From assembly GCA_028718865.1 (NCBI GenBank), contig JAQUKX010000006.1, forward strand, positions 1 through 62,885: a DNA stretch of 62,885 bases, given 5' to 3'. Of this stretch, positions 60,124 to 62,885 are shown in pieces. Origin of the DNA: Patescibacteria group bacterium. GTDB taxonomy: Bacteria; Patescibacteriota; Patescibacteriia; UBA1558; GWA2-36-10. A program made the position numbers and the translations under genes. The notes under the pieces are model-generated. The model was not told where the DNA came from. It was given only the letters and a program-made list of their open reading frames with translations, and did not search any database. Each line of letters begins with the position of its first letter. The first letter of the stretch is position 1.

Positions 60124-60273
60124 GGCTATCCTCCTTGATTAAGGTTGATTTTTGCTGGCAAAATGCCAGATGGGGAACCAAAAACATTTAAATATAGCAG
60201 ATATTTGCTTTTTTGTCAATAAAAACAAGGGGGAGCACTGCTGTCCTCCCCCTAGGCTAGTCGAGCGCTTGGT

Positions 60274-60393
60274 TCACCTCCCGAAAAAAGCAATAGCCAA
60301 AGCGGCCAAGCCGACAATGGCAATGAAGGTGCCCAGGAGCCTGGCTCCCTGATTGGGACGCTTGCGGTGTTGCAAGCTGCTGCGGTTCTCCAT
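60274..60393 (-). CDS. 39-aa basic, single-TM microprotein MENRSSLQHRKRPNQGARLLGTFIAIVGLAALAIAFFGR
   Basis: Not in the ORF track; AGGAGGT SD; TTGACA-17-TAAGTT promoter; terminator 60252-60221. Confidence 0.7.
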   Translation of the reverse strand: MENRSSLQHRKRPNQGARLLGTFIAIVGLAALAIAFFGR

Positions 60394-60497
60394 GTCACGA
60401 CCTCCTGCTTATGTGGGGTTGCTTAAAACTTAGTACCAAAAATAATTTTTGTCAACCAATATTTGACTTGACTGATAGAGCAAGATAAAATAATAAT

Positions 60498-60734
60498 ATG
60501 AACTGGAAAATTTTAGAAAATAAATTAAGCAAAGAATTTATACTGACTGATTTTAAACAGGCAGTAAATTTTGTCAACAAAATATTGCCCTTGGCAGAAG
60601 AAGCTGATCATCATCCTGATATTCTTATTCATTCTTACAAAAAAGTAAAAATTATTCTCTTTAGCCACAGTGAAAATAAAATAACAGAAAAAGATTATCA
60701 GCTGGCTAAAAACATAGACCAATTAATTGCCTAA
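60498..60734 (+). CDS. phhB: Pterin-4a-carbinolamine dehydratase
   Basis: LSKEF...DFKQAVNFVNKI..LAEEADHHPDI, SH..ITEKD. Confidence 0.88.
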   Translation: MNWKILENKLSKEFILTDFKQAVNFVNKILPLAEEADHHPDILIHSYKKVKIILFSHSENKITEKDYQLAKNIDQLIA

Positions 60735-60774
60735 AAACCCGATTAAAAAAGACCCGCGCCAAGCAGGTCTTTTT

Positions 60775-61719
60775 TTATTTTAATCCTTGACGATAAAATT
60801 CAGCAGCGTCATCGGGATCAATAGGATTGATGATCAAGCCCGAGCCGATTTCCACTCCGGCCCAGATAGAACCGCGCGGCGCTATTTTCATATAAAGATG
60901 CTGATCGTTGTCATTGATAATTTGGTGAAAATAAAAATTATACGGCAAGTCCAGCTGACCGATTTTTATCAAAATATGCTTGAGAATTTTGGCAAAAGAT
61001 TTTCTTTCTTTGGCATCTAATTCAGTGATGTTGTCACGATGAGCAAGCGGCATTATCCAAATCTCATAATTAAACATGGAAGCATAAGGAGTAAAAGCTA
61101 CAACATTTTTATCCCGATAAACTAGGCGCGGACTTTTGGACTCTCTAGCTATTACATCGCAATAAACACAGTGGCCGTTTTGCAGCTTATAGGCCTGCTG
61201 GCGCTGAGATTTGTCAAAAAGATGGGGTGGCAAAAACTGGGTGGCAAAAATCTGGCTATGGGCATGTTGTAAGCTGGCGCCGGCTACGCCACCGTTGTTT
61301 TTAAAGATTAAAATATACTCGATTTTTTTGTCTTTGGATATCTCCTGAGTACGGATAGCATAAGCTTGCAAAAGGTCGGCAATATGATTGATAGTCAAAT
61401 CCTCCAGCTCCAAAGTGTGATCGCCGCTTTCTATTACTACTTCCTGACGACCATAGGCTTTGTTATTATCCAAGCTTACTGCTGGATATTTATTTTTAAT
61501 AATATTGATGTTCCAATTACTTTTGCTACCTTGACGATACAGACTGGGTACAGTCTTGAGATTTTGGGGACAAAAAATACAAGAAGTGACCATTTTCTTT
61601 TTGTGATAAGCATGCTCAGAAATAGTGTCATGCGGCCGCTTGCCCCTTTTGGGAGCAATGATTACATATTTATCCTGAATATAATCTTTTCTAATTTCTG
61701 GTTTTTTCAGTTTGCCCAT
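60775..61719 (-). CDS. galT: GalT-like (HIT) nucleoside-diphosphate-sugar uridylyl/adenylyltransferase
   Basis: CIFC, NKYPAV, YGRQEVVIE, KNNG..AGASLQHAHSQI, CVYC. Confidence 0.82.
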   Translation of the reverse strand: MGKLKKPEIRKDYIQDKYVIIAPKRGKRPHDTISEHAYHKKKMVTSCIFCPQNLKTVPSLYRQGSKSNWNINIIKNKYPAVSLDNNKAYGRQEVVIESGDHTLELEDLTINHIADLLQAYAIRTQEISKDKKIEYILIFKNNGGVAGASLQHAHSQIFATQFLPPHLFDKSQRQQAYKLQNGHCVYCDVIARESKSPRLVYRDKNVVAFTPYASMFNYEIWIMPLAHRDNITELDAKERKSFAKILKHILIKIGQLDLPYNFYFHQIINDNDQHLYMKIAPRGSIWAGVEIGSGLIINPIDPDDAAEFYRQGLK

Positions 61720-61725
61720 AGCTAT

Positions 61726-62885
61726 TTACTTTAATTTTTGATAAAGCTTCAGATACTGCCGAGCTGATCTTTCCCAAGAAAAATCCTCCTGCATAATCTT
61801 TTTTACCATTTTCTGACAGCGGCTTTTTTGGCCGTAAAACTTCAAAGCTCTGACCAAAGTTTTTTCCAAATCTTTGGCTTGATAATTTTTGAAAACAAAG
61901 CCGGTCTGATTGTCTTTGACCGTGTCTTTGAGGCCGCCGGTCTGCCTGACCAGCGGGATGCTGCCATAGCGCATAGCGATCATCTGCCCTAATCCGCAAG
62001 GCTCAAAACGCGACGGCATCAAGAAAAAATCACTGCCGGCATAAATTTTTTGCGCTAAAGGGGCATCAAATAAAATATTGCTTTTTACTTTTTGAGGATA
62101 CTTCTTTTGTAGCTGTTTGAAATCCCGCTCTATCTCAGCGCTACCTGTGCCCAAAACCACCAGCTGAAAATCATAATGAGGCAAAAGGCTTTCCAATGAA
62201 TCCCTTAATATGTCTAATCCTTTTTGAGCTACCAAGCGAGTAACAATCCCGAAAACCGGCACATCTTTTTTGGGTAGCCTAGAGACCGCTTGCAAATCCG
62301 CCTTATTTATTTTCCTGGCAGTGAAAAAATTTTGAGCATTGTATTTCTTTTTGATATATTTATCTTTTTGGGGATTGAAAAAATCAATATCAATACCGTT
62401 TAAAATACCGGACAGATGTTTTTTTCTTCTAAGTAGATACTCTTCCATGCCGGCACCGTATTCTTTGCCTAAAATCTCTTTGGCATAATTGGGACTGACT
62501 GTATTAACCAGGTCGGCTGATAAAATCCCTATTTTCATCAAATCTATTACCTGGCCGTCCTGATCATAATAATCTTCCATAATTGCTGGCGTCAAATGCC
62601 GACTCAAAGAAGCATAGTCTAAAATATCTAAGCCCACTATGCCCTGATTAGCTAGATTATGAATAGTATAAAGAGTTTTGATGTTGGCAAAAGAAGCGTA
62701 TTTGAGACTGTATTCATCGATAAAAGTGGGAATAAGCGCCGTGTGCCAATCATGGCAATGCACTACATCCGGCCTTATTTTCAAATCTTTGATGGCTGTC
62801 ACCACGGCTTAGGAAAAAAATACAAAGCGTTCTACATTACTTAAATCTCTTTTACTCCTAGGGAAATGGCCTTGAGTAACATCAA
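61726..62885 (-). pseudogene. glgA: Glycogen synthase (GT5), 5'-truncated by the window, with an in-frame TAA at 62811-62809
   Basis: HCHDWHT, TIHNLANQG, NTVSPNYAKEI, GILNGID, PSRFEPCGLGQMIAMRYG; the upstream frame reads ...NVERFVFFS*AVVTAI. Confidence 0.75.

Overview
A 62.9 kb, AT-rich, gene-dense bacterial chromosome segment using genetic code 11. It is most likely from a Patescibacteria/CPR (Parcubacteria-type) genome; this is inferred from CPR-type surface-protein domains, SD-less housekeeping genes and a pilus ATPase. It carries housekeeping genes (glyA, folD, pcrA/uvrD, ychF, ruvB, gyrA, rpsA, ftsH, pilB, valS, glmS, nusA, hppA, tig, polA, holA, rpsT, PBP1A, tyrS, ddl), many tRNA-modification genes (elp3, Trm9-like MTase, queA, queH, tsaD/E, trmB, truB) and four tRNAs. 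I saw no CRISPR array, integrase or transposase. Main highlights: (1) a head-to-head overlapping Elp3 plus Trm9/ALKBH8-like methyltransferase pair, a candidate eukaryote/archaea-type mcm5U34 pathway in a bacterium; (2) a Gly-Leu-Cys tRNA locus where each tRNA has a neighbouring partial copy with one loop or arm replaced or interrupted by a palindromic repeat; (3) several families of short dispersed palindromes, some inserted in-frame in proteins; (4) a stand-alone trpB under a complete Trp-Trp attenuator; (5) orphan genes with strong Shine-Dalgarno sites among SD-less core genes; (6) a DEDD-exonuclease-WYL fusion, a RibL-like-TruB fusion, a frameshifted pilin and a nonsense codon in glgA. All family assignments come from motifs recognised by eye; no database searches were run.
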